Positions 39,201 to 52,870 of a stretch of 64,000 nucleotides of DNA are shown piece by piece. Made by a program: the position numbers and the translations under genes. Origin of the DNA: Callorhinchus milii (taxonomy: Eukaryota); the NCBI RefSeq assembly GCF_018977255.1, contig NW_024704743.1, forward strand, positions 51,090,001 to 51,154,000, read 5' to 3'. The notes under the pieces are model-generated. The model had not been told where the DNA came from, made no database searches, and saw only the letters and a list, made by a program, of their open reading frames with translations. Numbering within the stretch: position 1 is the stretch's first letter; the number at the start of each line of letters is the position of its first letter.

Positions 39201-40139
39201 TGCTTGCTCTTGCAGTTCAGGTGTTAAAGATCCCAGGGGACAATTTTGAAGAATAACAGTATTCTCTCAGTATCCTAGTTTTTGTCTACAGAACAACAGA
39301 CAATATATTTGATAGGCGTCCATCGTGTGAAGTGCTTTGAGGTATTTGATAACATGCGATGTGAAAAGATGACTTAGCTAATTAGTTATTTCGCTATTCA
39401 CTTTCAGGTCTAATCAGTTGTATTTTGTAAAGTGCTTTGAGATGTTTATTTTTATGTGCAAGGTGTAACATCAATATAAGTTATTATTATCATAATATTG
39501 TTATATTAAATTCAAGTATTATTTTACATGATATCAAATTGGACTCAATGCACAGTTAAAACACACACATGTGCAAACGTTACGTCCATTACCACTTTCA
39601 GTTTGCGAGACTCCAGACAAGATTCCTGAATGGCAAATCATGAATCCCAAAACGGCAAATAGGCCAGAGAGCAAATTGATCTTGAACAGAAATCAAAAGA
39701 GATGCAGAGAATTTTTCAGTGTTATGGCTTGCAATTCTTTTTTGCTCTCTTCAGTTCTTCTGTGGTCAAAGGGTATATTTTGGAGATGATACATTTTGTT
39801 TAATTTCTGTTGCCATGTTCTGAGCAACAATCTCCCAAATAAAATTGGTCACCCACTTCATGGCTATTTGTGGGGCACCATTGTGTGCAAATTGGTTACT
39901 GTGTTCGCCTACAACAATACAGTCACTAAAATTTACAGTAAAATCCTATGAAGCACTTTGAGATTCTCACCGAAGTGATAAAGTACATCAAATGCAATTA
40001 TTTTTATAATTATGATCATCATCATTATGTTATTGCAGTTTCGATCACTCCATTGATTGATTGTTAGTGGTTTTCAGTGATGGCTCAGCAAGACCAATTG
40101 AACTGCCACATTATACTTGGATGGATGGGATGTTAACAA

Positions 40140-40770
40140 CAACAACATTGAACTTTCCAAAATAACTACTTTCTGCAGGAGGTGGATTTTTTTTGCACCA
40201 GGTTTCTTGTCAAGCCATTTCTGAATTGTATTATAAACAGTCCCAATTACACCAATGAATAATCATTTGGAATGATATAATCATTGATATGTATAATCTA
40301 GTTTTCTTTAAATGCTATCTGGGTTAATACAGATTAGTGTTCTATCTCTATGCATTTTTGAGGCCCTGATTACTGTGATGTTATTTTTCGATGCCACTTT
40401 TGTTGGTTGAAGTTCATACGAGTTGATATTTATAGCAATATCAAAGTACTTACAAATTGTCCAGTGGATATATCTATCTACATTTTTACGGTGATTCAGG
40501 TAGTCCAATGGTGCTAGGGCTGGACATAATGATAATATGTGGTCTACTGTTTCTGGTGCTTGATGGCATATTCGGCATTTCGGATCAATGTTTTTCTTCA
40601 TAATTTTATTTTCACAATAACAGGTAGTAATAGCTTGATCTTGTGCTGATAATATGAGAGTTTCTGTTTCAGCTTTCAGATCCCATTAGTCAACTAGCTG
40701 TAGCTTTGGTTAATATCTCAGCCTTGTTCTTTCATTTCTCTTTGAAATTGACCATGCATGACATTCTTCT
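40140..40770 (-). mobile_element. R4/Dong-type (restriction-like endonuclease) non-LTR retrotransposon 3' fragment
   Basis: MHGQF..., DLKAETETLILSAQDQAITT, CCHC knuckle KCRICHQAPETVDHILSLC, IHWTIC, degenerate PD motif, IGVIGTV...LQKVVIL. Contains stops and a frameshift. Confidence 0.85.
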
Positions 40771-42707
40771 CCCATATTATAAATAATATATAGTATTGGT
40801 GCTCCAATCAGAATCTTATTGGTGTGCAGGAAGGCAGGATGTGGCCACTTGGTGGATCATTTCCAGTATATGCAATAAGGAGGTGTAAAATACACAATAA
40901 TAACTGGACTATGTATAAAGCAAGTAGAAAATATAAATTGTAATATTTGTTTCCATGGTTCACACACAAATTCAAGTTTTGGAATTCCTAGTATAATTGT
41001 TAACTGTGGAGCTAGAAATACATAACAGATTTTGCAATATTTTTTAATAGGGTTAAGAACTGAAGATGCCAGGCATTGCATCTTAACTCAAGGGACCACC
41101 GCCCCCCCACCATCACCACCTTCCCCTGCAGAATAAACTTATCAAGAAGAAGTATTCCCAAGTGTCAGCAGCACAGGTTTCCCATTCATGTTCACCTACA
41201 AAGTACACAGTCACCACGCTTTACAATAATTCCTGCAAAGTGTTTTGAAATGTCCTCCCAACGTGAAAGGCACTATATCAAATGCAATGGTTATTTTATT
41301 ACAGTTTTTAAGAAATATTGCAAAAATTGATCCAAGATGTTGATATCAGAAGCACATTAGACGGTATCTTTACACAAATGCAAATTTCTGTAATCCATGA
41401 AGCATAAAGCATATTCCTGAAGAATTATATAAGAGAGAAATATTGGTGAAGGATAATTGCGGTTATGAAATATTGTATCAGTGAATGGTCACCATTAGAA
41501 TGACATGCCAGTGGAACTGGTCTGTCACTGCACATCTCCTAGGGTGTCCTGCAATGTCAGAAAAAGACCAAATACTACAAGCAGATTTTGGAAACTGCAT
41601 CATAAGCAAGTAAAGCAAAATAAATGATTCAGCCGTGACATTCGCATCCACAGGAGTAACAAAGAAAACAGTTGGTGTATTTACTAAAAGAGTCCAAAAT
41701 ACAATATTTGCAAATGGAATTGTTGCATTAACTGAAACATCCGTTTTGCAAATATCAGATTGCAAACTCCATGGCTATATATATGCAATATATATATAAT
41801 ATATATATGCTGTATATCTGTGAGTGGTGTCTGGTTGTACGTTGTCCTGATATGTGAACTTTCCAGATAGCAATTTAAAAAATAAATTACAAAAGAAATT
41901 GTCAACTACACTGTACAAAGAAGCATGTTGGAGCTGAACAGAATGTCTGCAGGTTTTTATAATTTCTATCCATGAGCCAGATAGAATGGATGAAAGAATT
42001 CTATTTTATCTCAGACATCAACCCCAGTTGTTGCCATGCTAATTGATATACTCAGATAGTTGATCCCGTAACCTCCTGTCAATCCTCTTGACTGCTCCAT
42101 CTGATTATGTATGATATGATGATGGGCATGCTGTTCTAATAGGATATCACTGTTCTGTGAGACTTAACTAGGCCTGTTTTACTGTGACAAACTGATAAAT
42201 GCAGTTGTTACCTGAGCACCTGCACATACTGTTGATCAGGCAGTGGTCAGAGATTGCTGTTTATAGTCAATCAATATATTACAGCAATACAATATAATTT
42301 ATAATATGTTTTACATGCATATAGCTTCTTTCACTTTGCTTCTCAACATATAGCTCTTTTTTTAAAATGCTTGTTGGAAATCTTTCATTTTCTGGACATG
42401 AACTGTATTTGTGATCAAGCCCATGGAACTGGAAGAAAAGACACTGTCCAGAAATGATTAATATCTCTGGACATGAAGGGCCAACAGCAAATCCCTTGAG
42501 TACATCTCCATTCTGCTCTCAGCTGTCCACTTAACAGATGGCCACAAAAGTACAGCAAAACTTTTTGGTTTGGTGGCTTCCAGTTTAACAGACACAATAA
42601 TTGTCAGATAGTCTTCCTTGCTTTTCTTCATTGTTTAATTTGAATAATGTTGATACAATTTCCACCAATTGGTTGATGACTCTCAGTCATTTCTGATCAT
42701 ATCACAA

Positions 42708-43022
42708 GGTGAAACATTGGACAAGTTTCTTATTCCACACACACGCCTCTGTTTACTCAGCAGTAAGTAGGAACCCGGTCATTAATCGATTTGTGGATTG
42801 CTTTTCCGTGGGTAAAAATCTGTTTTAAAACATGGGATTAATAATAATAGTGATTTGGTCCCTCAATTGCACGATGATTTGTGGGGCACTGCTGTGCACT
42901 ATTGGCTGCCGAGTTTCACCCACAAAATATACAATTCACTTTACATTGTATCTTGTGAAGTGCTTTTGAGACATCTCAAAGACATGATAAGATGCTATAT
43001 CAAAAGCAAAGATTTATTATTT
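42708..43022 (+). mobile_element. 5'-truncated Deu-SINE
   Basis: Colinear with 35460-35740. Confidence 0.85.
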
Positions 43023-44109
43023 ATATCAGGATAGGAGCCACATGTAGATTTTCCTGGTAAAACGCATCCTTGTTCAAGGCTTGTGTTCCACAAATGTTTC
43101 TGCTAATGGTGAAAATCAATTTTCTCCATAATATAAGTGATCGACTTCCTCTATCTGGGATCTGCAGGGCCTTAAATCATTTCCTGTCTGTATAGGATCT
43201 CTGGAACTGTTTCTCCTTAAATCCCTCTGCCTCTCACCCTCTCTCTTTGTGTTCAACATTGACCTATCCATCTTTTTGACTGCACCTTTGGCCCCTTTTC
43301 ATTTACCTCATATCCCTAAACCCCACCCAGCTGGGTTTCCCATTTCATATCTATAAAACGCTTTGAAATGTTTCCTAAGTGCAAGAGGGTCCCAGGCCAC
43401 CTAACACTTTGTCACAGAGAGCTGCAAAAACCTGATCTCTACTTGTTCCCTCCTCCCTCAGAATGCAAACCCACCTCTCCCATTTGTTATTTTTCCAACA
43501 CAGACCGTGACAACAGGCTACTTGATTTTGCTATAAGTAGACACTGACCATCTTTGCTGCAGTTAAGTCTAAATTCAAACTCTTCCACCTGATAACCATC
43601 CTTGGTATGAAATAGTTAAATCTGAACTATCTATTCCACCTCCCCTGCTGGGTTTGATATTATGCACCCTTGTTAAGGAGCTTGTGACCAGATTGAATAA
43701 ACCATTGGTGTCTGCAGTATTTTTGATGAAAAACTATTTTTTGGGTTTTTTAAATTGAATTATTCTGAAATTCTGAGTCTTGCCACCTCTGGAACTGAGA
43801 GTGATTATTATCACACTACAGTACAGAAAACAGAGCTACTCAGCCACTGCAAATCATGATGAGAGCTCAAAGTATTACTGCTCTGTCTCCACCTCGGCAG
43901 CTCAGCAGCAGAGAGATAAGGAAGTTAAGTCATAGGGAATATGCTCCAGAGGTTAGAGAGGTCAAAGAATAGGTCACTGTGCAGGATAAACACTTCCCAT
44001 TATCACAGCAACACTGTGCACTGTTCATATTGCAGCACTCCAATCTACTAAGAAGGATTTGCTTGTGTTTTAACAGATTCCAATCTGGGGTTGAGGGAAC
44101 TGGGTGATA

Positions 44110-44260
44110 CGATAGGTTAGAACACTGCCCTTTTTCACCTCTGAGCTTCATTTCAAATCCAGCTCCTTCTTGATGGACACAGTCTCCTTTCTCTCTGATG
44201 TCTTGAAGCATCCTATTTAAAGTTAGTGTGGGCGCTCTCCGCAGCTTCAGCTGGATTTAA
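44110..44260 (+). mobile_element. LF-SINE-like fragment
   Basis: ccctttttcacctctgagcttcatttcaaatccagc resembles the LF-SINE head as I recall it. Confidence 0.4.
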
Positions 44261-44589
44261 CTCCTCAGGATAAAAATGCATGTAATTCAGCACAAATGAA
44301 GACCACTTGTATAGTACAGACAGTACATATTCTTTTCACCCGGGACACTAAAACAATGTTCTTCAGTTGCATATATAGGAGACACCTATTAAAATGCCAC
44401 CTGGTATAATGCTGCCTTGCTTGCAACATTGGTGTCCTGTGAGCCAGACAAACTGGAAACATTTTATTGCAGTTTGTTTATAACACGGGCTCTGAGCTGT
44501 TGGACCCAGAGGATCACATTATAAGGATGTTCCCCTGAATCTAGCATGTGTTGATGATATGTGACTTCCCAAAGCTTAATAGGTAAGTC

Positions 44590-44835
44590 AGAAGAACCTT
44601 CTTTACTCAGTGAGTGGTGGGAATGTGGAACATACTTCCACAAGGAGTAGTTGAGGCGAATAGCATAGATGTATTTAAGGGGAAGCTAGATAAGTACACG
44701 AGGGAGAAACGAATAGAAGGTTATGCTGAGAGGCTTAGTTGAGGAAGGGCAGGAGGAGGCTCATGTGGAGCATAAACACTGGCATAGACCATTTGGGCCG
44801 AATGGCCTGTTTCTGTGCTGTATATTTTATGTAAT
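44590..44835 (+). mobile_element. CR1 3' end
   Basis: ttctttactcagtgagtggtgggaatgtggaac...ttgggccgaatggcctgtttctgtgctgta. Confidence 0.85.
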
Positions 44836-46999
44836 TAATGTTTAAGTAGATGCAGAAAATAGAAACATCTTCTATTCCAGCACTAACATTATTTATCTTG
44901 AAGATCACAGAATCCATTCCTCCCTTAATTCTTTGCCTATTAAACAAATGGTATTTTATTGATATTGGTTGTGTATTTAATAAAGAGGTCCAGAATTATC
45001 CACACTACTGCATAACCCAGTTCTTTATTTATTTTGCACCTGTGCTAAGTGTTGCAGGGATAGTGTGTCACGTTTATAATTATTTAATTATGTTTTTGAC
45101 CAAAGTGAAACCATGCAGAGAAGGAGCACCTGGACCCACAACAGGCAGATGGGTTTAAATCAATGACGATCAGATACTTTAACATTGGTAATCACTCTGA
45201 TTTTTATTCATGCTCTCGTTCATCTTCAGGCTATACCCCCTGGTAATTGGCTGTTTTTATTCACACAGTAAAAGGAAAGGTTTAAAACATCCTGGATTCT
45301 GTTCATTTTGATATCTACCCTTGCTTGACTACTGGTTATCAATTTATATCCATCTTGCTTTGTTGTGATCCTGTGGTAAAACTTTGTGAGATCCATGATC
45401 AATTTCCATTCATTCTCTTGATAAATACTTTTATTAAAAAAAAGGTATGCATTGTTGTTTGTTATAAAATAACAAGCGGTGTAATAATTATAATAATGCA
45501 TAGCAAGTTGTTGGTGAAAGGATATCATTGTTCCACAATTACAGGCTTTGACTTCCCCGATGACAAGGAATAGCAGTAGAGCTGGGGTGATTCAATAGAC
45601 TATGATATTGGAGACTAACCCCACTTGTTGGTTAAATAGCAGCATAAACAGCATATTGCTCTGGAAAAAAAAATCTTAAGTAAAACGTCAATCATAATAA
45701 TAATAATGCTAATATTTTATATAGCATTTTTTTACATTGAATGTCTCTAGGCACTTCACAGGGTATATTGTAAAGTGGAATGATCTTGTATTTTGTCAGT
45801 GAATGCAGCAGCCAATTTACACACAACATGTCTCACGAACAGCCACCAATTTTATCTACAGGATTGTTGGTCAGGACACTGGGAGAAACTTCCTTCACTT
45901 ACATTCTTAATAAAACCAGCAATTCACTGACATTCCTGTAACGTTATTGGTTAAGTTCGGTTCCAAGAATTTTCTGAGTCACCAAAGGACATATAGGTCA
46001 TGTCTGAAAAGAACTCTACTGGCATCAGTTTCATGAAAGCAATTGAACTGATATAATCAGATGAGCCTTGTACACGTGGTACATATTTACAGAATTTAAC
46101 TTGAGTTATTTACATTTTTTGCCAAGTCTGCGATCATCCTTACCAGAAACAAGCCACATGATCTGAATCAGTTAACAAATAACACTGAACTCTGATCATA
46201 GTTTCTTAAACATCTGAGAAACATTAATAATACTAAATGGATAGCAGAGCCATTGGTGACATGAAAGGAATGACTTTCATTGGACTGTTTCCACACTTAT
46301 ATACTTTTTTTCATCTTATTACATGGAATGGAGATCTTTATGACGATTTGGGAAAGAAAGATTGGGCAAGAAAGAAACATTGGGCAGACATCCCACAACA
46401 CTTGTCAATTTTGGCTGGGCACTGGAGCTGAGGGTGGAGCAAGGGTTTGTGGGGTGGGGGGGTGAGAGGAGGGGAAAATGACTGAAGTGCGGTCAAAGAG
46501 GTACGTTTTGAGATGAGCTTTGATAGAGGGGAGGAAGGGAGGAGGTCCTTGAGAATGGAGTTCCAGAGAGCGGGGGATGTGGAGGAGGACAAAATAAAAG
46601 TGTGGTTGAATGTCTCAGCAGCGAGAGGTAAAGGCAGTGATGTGTCAGATGAGCCATTGCATTTTTTGTTGTTGATAATCCACCATAACAATGTCATGGA
46701 ATCCATACTCTTGCTGTGTGTCATTCTTGTCAGCACACAGAGAGCTATCAAGGACATATAATTAGATAAGTGCATAGTCTGAAGGAACACCATTGGGCTG
46801 ATTTGGGAACACAATCACTGGTGTCTAATTCCCTTGGGTTTAACCAGCATGACACTCCTGAGTGCTACTTTCCAACTATAGAATATGCAGAGAGAAGCCT
46901 GTTCACTTTCAACGACAGCATGTTTGTTTCTAAGGCAACTAAGGAAGAAATATTTCTATATTCTTGTACTTTGGCAGGAGGACAATAAATTTACATATT

Positions 47000-47250
47000 C
47001 AGTTTGTTGACCTCCTAACCCGATATCAGCCTGTCTGCTCCCTCCGCTCAGCAGATACTGGCCTGCTTCAGATCCCCAGCACTTCCCATCCCACCATTGG
47101 CGGTTGGGGATTCAGCATCTCTGCCCCCACACTCTGGAACTCTATTCCACAGTCCCTCTGCCTCACCACCTCTCTTGCCTCCTTCAAGTCCTGGCTAAAT
47201 CCTTCCTCTTCAATCGTGCCTTCGGCCACCCTCCCACCCCCACCTGCCAT
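47000..47250 (+). mobile_element. L2 ORF2 C-terminal fragment
   Basis: LRSADTGLLQIP...GGWGFSISAPTLWNSIPQSL. Confidence 0.85.
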
Positions 47251-48417
47251 ACCCTTCACAAAAATGTCCTTAAAAAGTGTTAATGGGTTTGGGACTTAAC
47301 ATCCCGTGACTTTGGAAGAATGGTTTCTCACACTTCTCACAGTCAATTTAGTATCCGTGTGTTTGCTAATTTTAGTGACAACTGATTTTTGGATTCCCAG
47401 TTGCTAGAATGGCTTTTAAACTTCACATTTGTGCTTTAAAATCATTCTTTGACTAGTATTCTTTCAAGGAAGGGGAAAATCTCCCTTGGTTGGACTAGAA
47501 ACCTTCCTGATCCCATACTTCCTTTTCAGACACTGACCTAAAACTAATCACGAAAATAAACTTTAAAATTCAGAGGCTGTTTTAGTAGCTGCAAGGTTAC
47601 AAAATTATTTCTTGCTAAAAATTAAAAAATATAGTGGTCAAATTGACAGTGAGTTTACTGAGGGAGTAACCAATCCCTGAAACCTAAGGAGAGTCTTCAG
47701 CCCAATGTGTCAATCCAAGTAAGGTTTCAGTCGACAAAGTGTTCTTTAATTATTTCCAGTTATAAATAAAGAGCTGAACATATTTAAGAATACTGCTATT
47801 ATGATCACATGGACTTTGTAATCTATTTTAAAATAATATTTATTATGAAATTGGAACAATTTATAATAATTATACTTACATAAATAAGAATGTGCATATC
47901 TTCACACTGACAGTTTTGACACTCCTCCACATGCCAAAGCTGCTTGACTAATGTTTCACAATACCAGAGGATGGAAGGAAGTATTAGAAAAGAACTTTCA
48001 ACCAGAGGTCAGAGCCTCCATGTGCCAAGATCAAATTATAAGAAGGAAATCTCAAACCATGCTGAGTATTCTCCAGTTGCACACAACGATTAGTTAAGCT
48101 ATCTTTTGCCCATTAATTGATTACTGCAGTAATTTAATATTTCTTATGGTTCATTAATTATTAAAATATGTGTCACCACATCTTAATTAACTCAATTTAC
48201 GTGCTTTTCTTTTTAACAATCATTTGGTACAATAAGGGTAAGCACCAGTACTTGTACCTTGTTATATTTAACTCTGAAAATAATAAAAATAATAAAGACA
48301 ATTGGAATTCATATGAAATATCTTCAATAGATATGAGGGTCTGAAAATGTAATGCTGGTCTTTATCAGAACCTCACTTGTGATCTTGAAGCTCAATTGAA
48401 ACATTTGATGGGAATTA

Positions 48418-48625
48418 TAATAATAATAATCCTTACGTTTGATATAGCGCCTATCACTTTGGGAGGATGACTCAAAGTGCTTCACAGGTTGTACAGTATA
48501 GTATAGTGATTTGTATTTTGTAGGTGAATGTGGCAGCCAATTTGTGCACAGCAATATCCCACAAACAGCCATGAAATGGATGACCAATTTTATTTGGGGA
48601 ATTGTTGGCCAAGACACCAGTAGAA
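48418..48625 (-). mobile_element. Deu-SINE 3' half
   Basis: Reverse-complement tail and Deu core. Confidence 0.8.
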
Positions 48626-49899
48626 GCTCACTTCGCTTGCACTCCTCTACCTGACCCCTTCGCTCCGCTGGTTGAAGCCTTCTGCATGTCTCTCAATCCT
48701 TCCAATGCACCATTGGCGGCCATGCTTTCAGCCACTGTCCTCTGGAACTCCCCGCCTTAATCCCCTGACTCCCTCCCTCTTTGTTTGTCTTCAGATCATA
48801 CCTGAAGACTTTCCTCCTCCATTGTGCCTACGATCATCCCCCCTTTTCTTCACGACTCAGCATCAGATGACACCATTGTTAAGTGTTATGAGACACTACC
48901 CTGCAAGTAGGGCGCTGAATAATTGCAAGCTTTTCTTAACGTCTGAAGCAAAGGACGAAATTCTGTAATAGACAGACAAAAAGGAAAAATATTTCATTAA
49001 GAAATATGTGTATATTGAAACTGTATTGGAAACTGCTTACAACAATCAATTCAATAAAGCAGACGCATTTCTAAAATCATAAGTGCTGATCCAAACTTTT
49101 TTATACAATCTGTTTTGTTTGGCACGACCAACCAGCATCTATGAGCTGAGATACAGGTGAAGTACAGCCGGTGATGTACTAACCCTATAGCTATTCCAGT
49201 GTGCTACTTGTACTTTTTTGTGTTAAATCAGCTGCAAGATGGAATACTTTCAGGTTGACACAGCAACGAGTCTGCATATTCCAGGTGTCACAGTCAACTT
49301 GCCTCTTAACCCTTTCAAAGACCTTGCAGGTTTCCAAACAGTCTTCAGGGACGATTGTCATATATGGGATTGAAATGCAGGGAGCATGTAAAACCTGTAA
49401 AGTGTATGTACAGTGCAGAGATGGCCTACAGGTCATAAGGCTAAGTAAACTCTGTCAGTTACACTGGCTATGTGAAGCAGCTTCCAAACATACAGCCTCC
49501 AGTGATTTTGGACTAGCAAGCAACACACTCTCATTCTGAACAAGAGTTGTATAAACTGAGGAAAAGACTACACTTCAGAAGCTTGTCCTTTTATTAAAAT
49601 AAATGTTATCCCTTGCATATTATGTTAGGGAGAGCCATTCATAATATAACAATTTAGTTAAATATGTAACTGCATAACTGCTATCTCCTGCTATCTCAAT
49701 CAATAGAATTGTTTTTCGTTTAAATAACTAAATGTATTTCAGCATTTAGTAAAACTCTTGCCTCTGAGTCAGAATTCAAGATCCACATCAGGTGCATTGA
49801 GCTCAAGGCTGATACTCCAGTTCAGTGTTGGGGGCAGGCTGTATTGTTGAAGGTGCCATCCTTTGGACTGCATTGTTGTATAGCGCCTCCAACAATGCA

Positions 49900-51320
49900 G
49901 TCTGCTATCTAACAAACCGCATTCACTTTGTGTCTTCAAATATTTTCTCCTCCCGCCCCCACTCGGTCACCTGTGGGGTATTTCAGGGCTCCGTTCTTGG
50001 CTCCCTCCTCTTCCTCATCTACATGCTCCCTCTTGGCGATGTCATCCACAGACACAGGGTAAACTTCCACATGTATGTGGATGACACACAAATCTACTTC
50101 TCCTCCTCCAGCTGCAACTCCAGGTCCACTAATGTTCAGTTGGCCTGTTTGGCAGACATCAGGGCCTAGATGAGAGCAAACTTTTTGCAACTAAATGTCG
50201 ACAAGACAGAAACTATACACCTTGGCTTCCATCACTGTCTTCTGTTTTGTGACTCTGACCTCCTTAACCTCCCCGGCTTATCCCTCACACACGCCAAACC
50301 GGTGCCCAACCTAGGCATCAGGTTCAACCCTCAGTTGTCCTTCCTTCCCCACATCTGGTCCCTGACCAGGACCCCCTTCCTCTACCTCCGCGACATTGCC
50401 CACCTCTGACTGTACCTTACCTTGACGCAGGCGAAACACTCATACACATGTTGATCACCTCCGAACTCGAATTCTCAAATGCTCGCTTTGCCAGTCTTCC
50501 CAGCTCCACAGGATCCAGCTGATCCAAACTCCGCTGCCCGCATACTCAACCGTACTAAACTCCATACCCCCATCACACTAGTTCTAGCCAGGCTCCACTG
50601 TCTCCCTATCATCAAACAGATCGATTTCAAGATGCTCGCACTTGTTTTCAAATCTGTTCATGCCCTGGCACCTCCCTACCTCTCTGACCTGCTTACCCCC
50701 CCAACCCACAACCCACTACCTCTGCTCGACTGGCTCCGGCCTTCTGCATATCCTGTAGCTCAGTGGTCAGAGCACTCGACTTGCAAGCGAGACACCTGGG
50801 TTCAATTCCAGGCAGGGCGAAACTTTGGGCAAGTTTCCTTACTCCACACTCCTAATAATAATCCCTCCAAAAAACAAAACAATAATAAATTGATCATTTT
50901 CAATCCACGACTGTTTGTGGGACACTGCTGTGCGCAATTGGCTGCCGCGTTTCGCCCACAAATATTTGGTCAATTCACTTTGCAGTCTATTCTGTGAAGT
51001 GCTTTGAAACATCGAGAAGATGTGATAAGGCGCTATATCAAATGCAAGGATTATTATTATGTCCCCAGTGCTCTCCATTCCACCATTTGCAGCTGCACTT
51101 CCAGCCATTACACCTCGAAGCTCTGGAATACTCTTCCTCTATCACTCCGCCTTGCCCCTTCCTTGCCCATCTTCAGATTGTGCCTGAAGACCTTCTTCTT
51201 CGACCGTGCCTACAGTCACCTCTGCCTCCTCCCGTCTCGGCATTGTGCCGTCAAGACCTCTGGGATGCTTCCTTGCCTGAGGGGAGTTATCTAAATGCAA
51301 GTTGTTGTTGTTGTTGATTT
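49900..51320 (+). mobile_element. L2 LINE 3' portion (RT to tail), interrupted by a SINE
   Basis: [39 protein letters not shown] and a (TTG)n tail. Confidence 0.92.
50752..51060 (+). mobile_element. Young tRNA-derived Deu-SINE inserted in L2
   Basis: A box tagctcagtgg, B box ggttcaattcc, tail ggattattattat. L2 sequence resumes at 51061. Confidence 0.9.
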
Positions 51321-52409
51321 TGTTGTAAATCAAGGTTCCGTCTGTCTGTATAGGTGGACATTAAAATTCCATGACTTTTCAAAAAGAGAAAGGAGCTTCT
51401 GATGGTGACCTGGCCAGCAATCCCCTTGATAAAATTGATCATTTACCTCATAGCTGTGTGTGGGACATTTCTGTGCGCAAATCGACTTGTGCTTTTGCCT
51501 TAAGTACACAGACTTGAGATATTTCAATAACATAGGTGGATGTCAAACACAAGGATTACTATTAAATATGTAAGTTAAGTGATAGGCTGATAAAATTGGG
51601 AATTCAGACAGAAAATAAGAAAAAAATTAAATGGGACTGTGGGTTTTACCCATAACGTTCCCTGAACAGCAGTCAAGATTGGAAAGGCTGGTTGAGTCAC
51701 CCTCCCTCAGCTGAGGCTCTAAGCCCTTGGTGCAGACCAGGCTGATCTGAACTAACTAAGCACAGACTGGCAATCGAATCTCAAACCCTGTGAGATTCAT
51801 TGGTTGAACTGTTCACAGAATCAACTCACTGAACCATCGAGGGCAACCTTGTTTCCAGTATTTTTAAGTCAACATGTTTCCTGTTTATTTCAGTCACAGC
51901 CTGGGACCTTTAGGTACCCTACAGGTAATATTCTGTTATGATTCGTGCCTGTACTCTCACAATTGGAAATTTAGGTCTTTAATTGTTCATCCATCTGGTG
52001 GAGCTGAGCCAGTGCAAACATCACAACCCAAATTCTTCAAGCTAGCAAACTCCCCTGTTGCTTCATTGCTCTCAGTTGACCAGGAAAGACCATGGGAAAA
52101 CTATGTTGTGTTCTGTGCACAAGGAGGTGTCAAGTGCTAGCAACATAAAGTAAATCGTTTAAAATATCTCAATACAATTCAGAAAAAGATAATGCACTAT
52201 TTGCACTTGAATTGCATTCCAGCAATGTGCACAACAATAACAAATAATAATTCTTGCATTTGATATAGAGCCTTTAATGCCGGTAAGATGTCTCAAAGTA
52301 CTTCACAGGATTTATTGTGAAGTGTAGTGACTGTATATTTTAAAGGCAGATAAAGATTGTTTTTTGATTGATATTTGCTGACTGACAAATTAATGTATTG
52401 TTGTGTTTC

Positions 52410-52870
52410 ATAGAATCATAGAACATAAGAAAGCTATTAGGTCCATCAAATCTGCCCTGGATATATGTACATTAATCCCAAATCTCTAGTCTTTCCCTGT
52501 ACTCCTGTGATCTAGTTCCCCTTTAAATATTTATGCAATTCTCTCTTAAGTATCATTATGAATTTAGCTTCTTTGGCCGCTTGTGAAAAGGCAATCCACG
52601 TTCTTATAACTCTTTGTGTGAAAAGGTTTCTGCTAATTTCTCTTTAATTCTTTACTCCCATTTACTACTAATTCACCAATCAACAATAAACAATTTTTTA
52701 CTATTTATGATCTCACAAGTGTTCAAAAATTTGAAAATGTTATTCTGTGTTGGACCTTCTCCTTGTTTCTAATGTGTTTTCTCTAATGGAGCACCCAGAA
52801 CTGCACCCTGTGGTATCTTTACCATCATCTAGGATAAATTTTGCATGACTTCCTTGCTTCTGTATTGAAT
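52410..52870 (-). mobile_element. CR1 3' fragment
   Basis: catagaatcatagaacataag is the reverse of the ATTCTATG tail, followed by degenerate ORF2 sequence. Confidence 0.7.
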
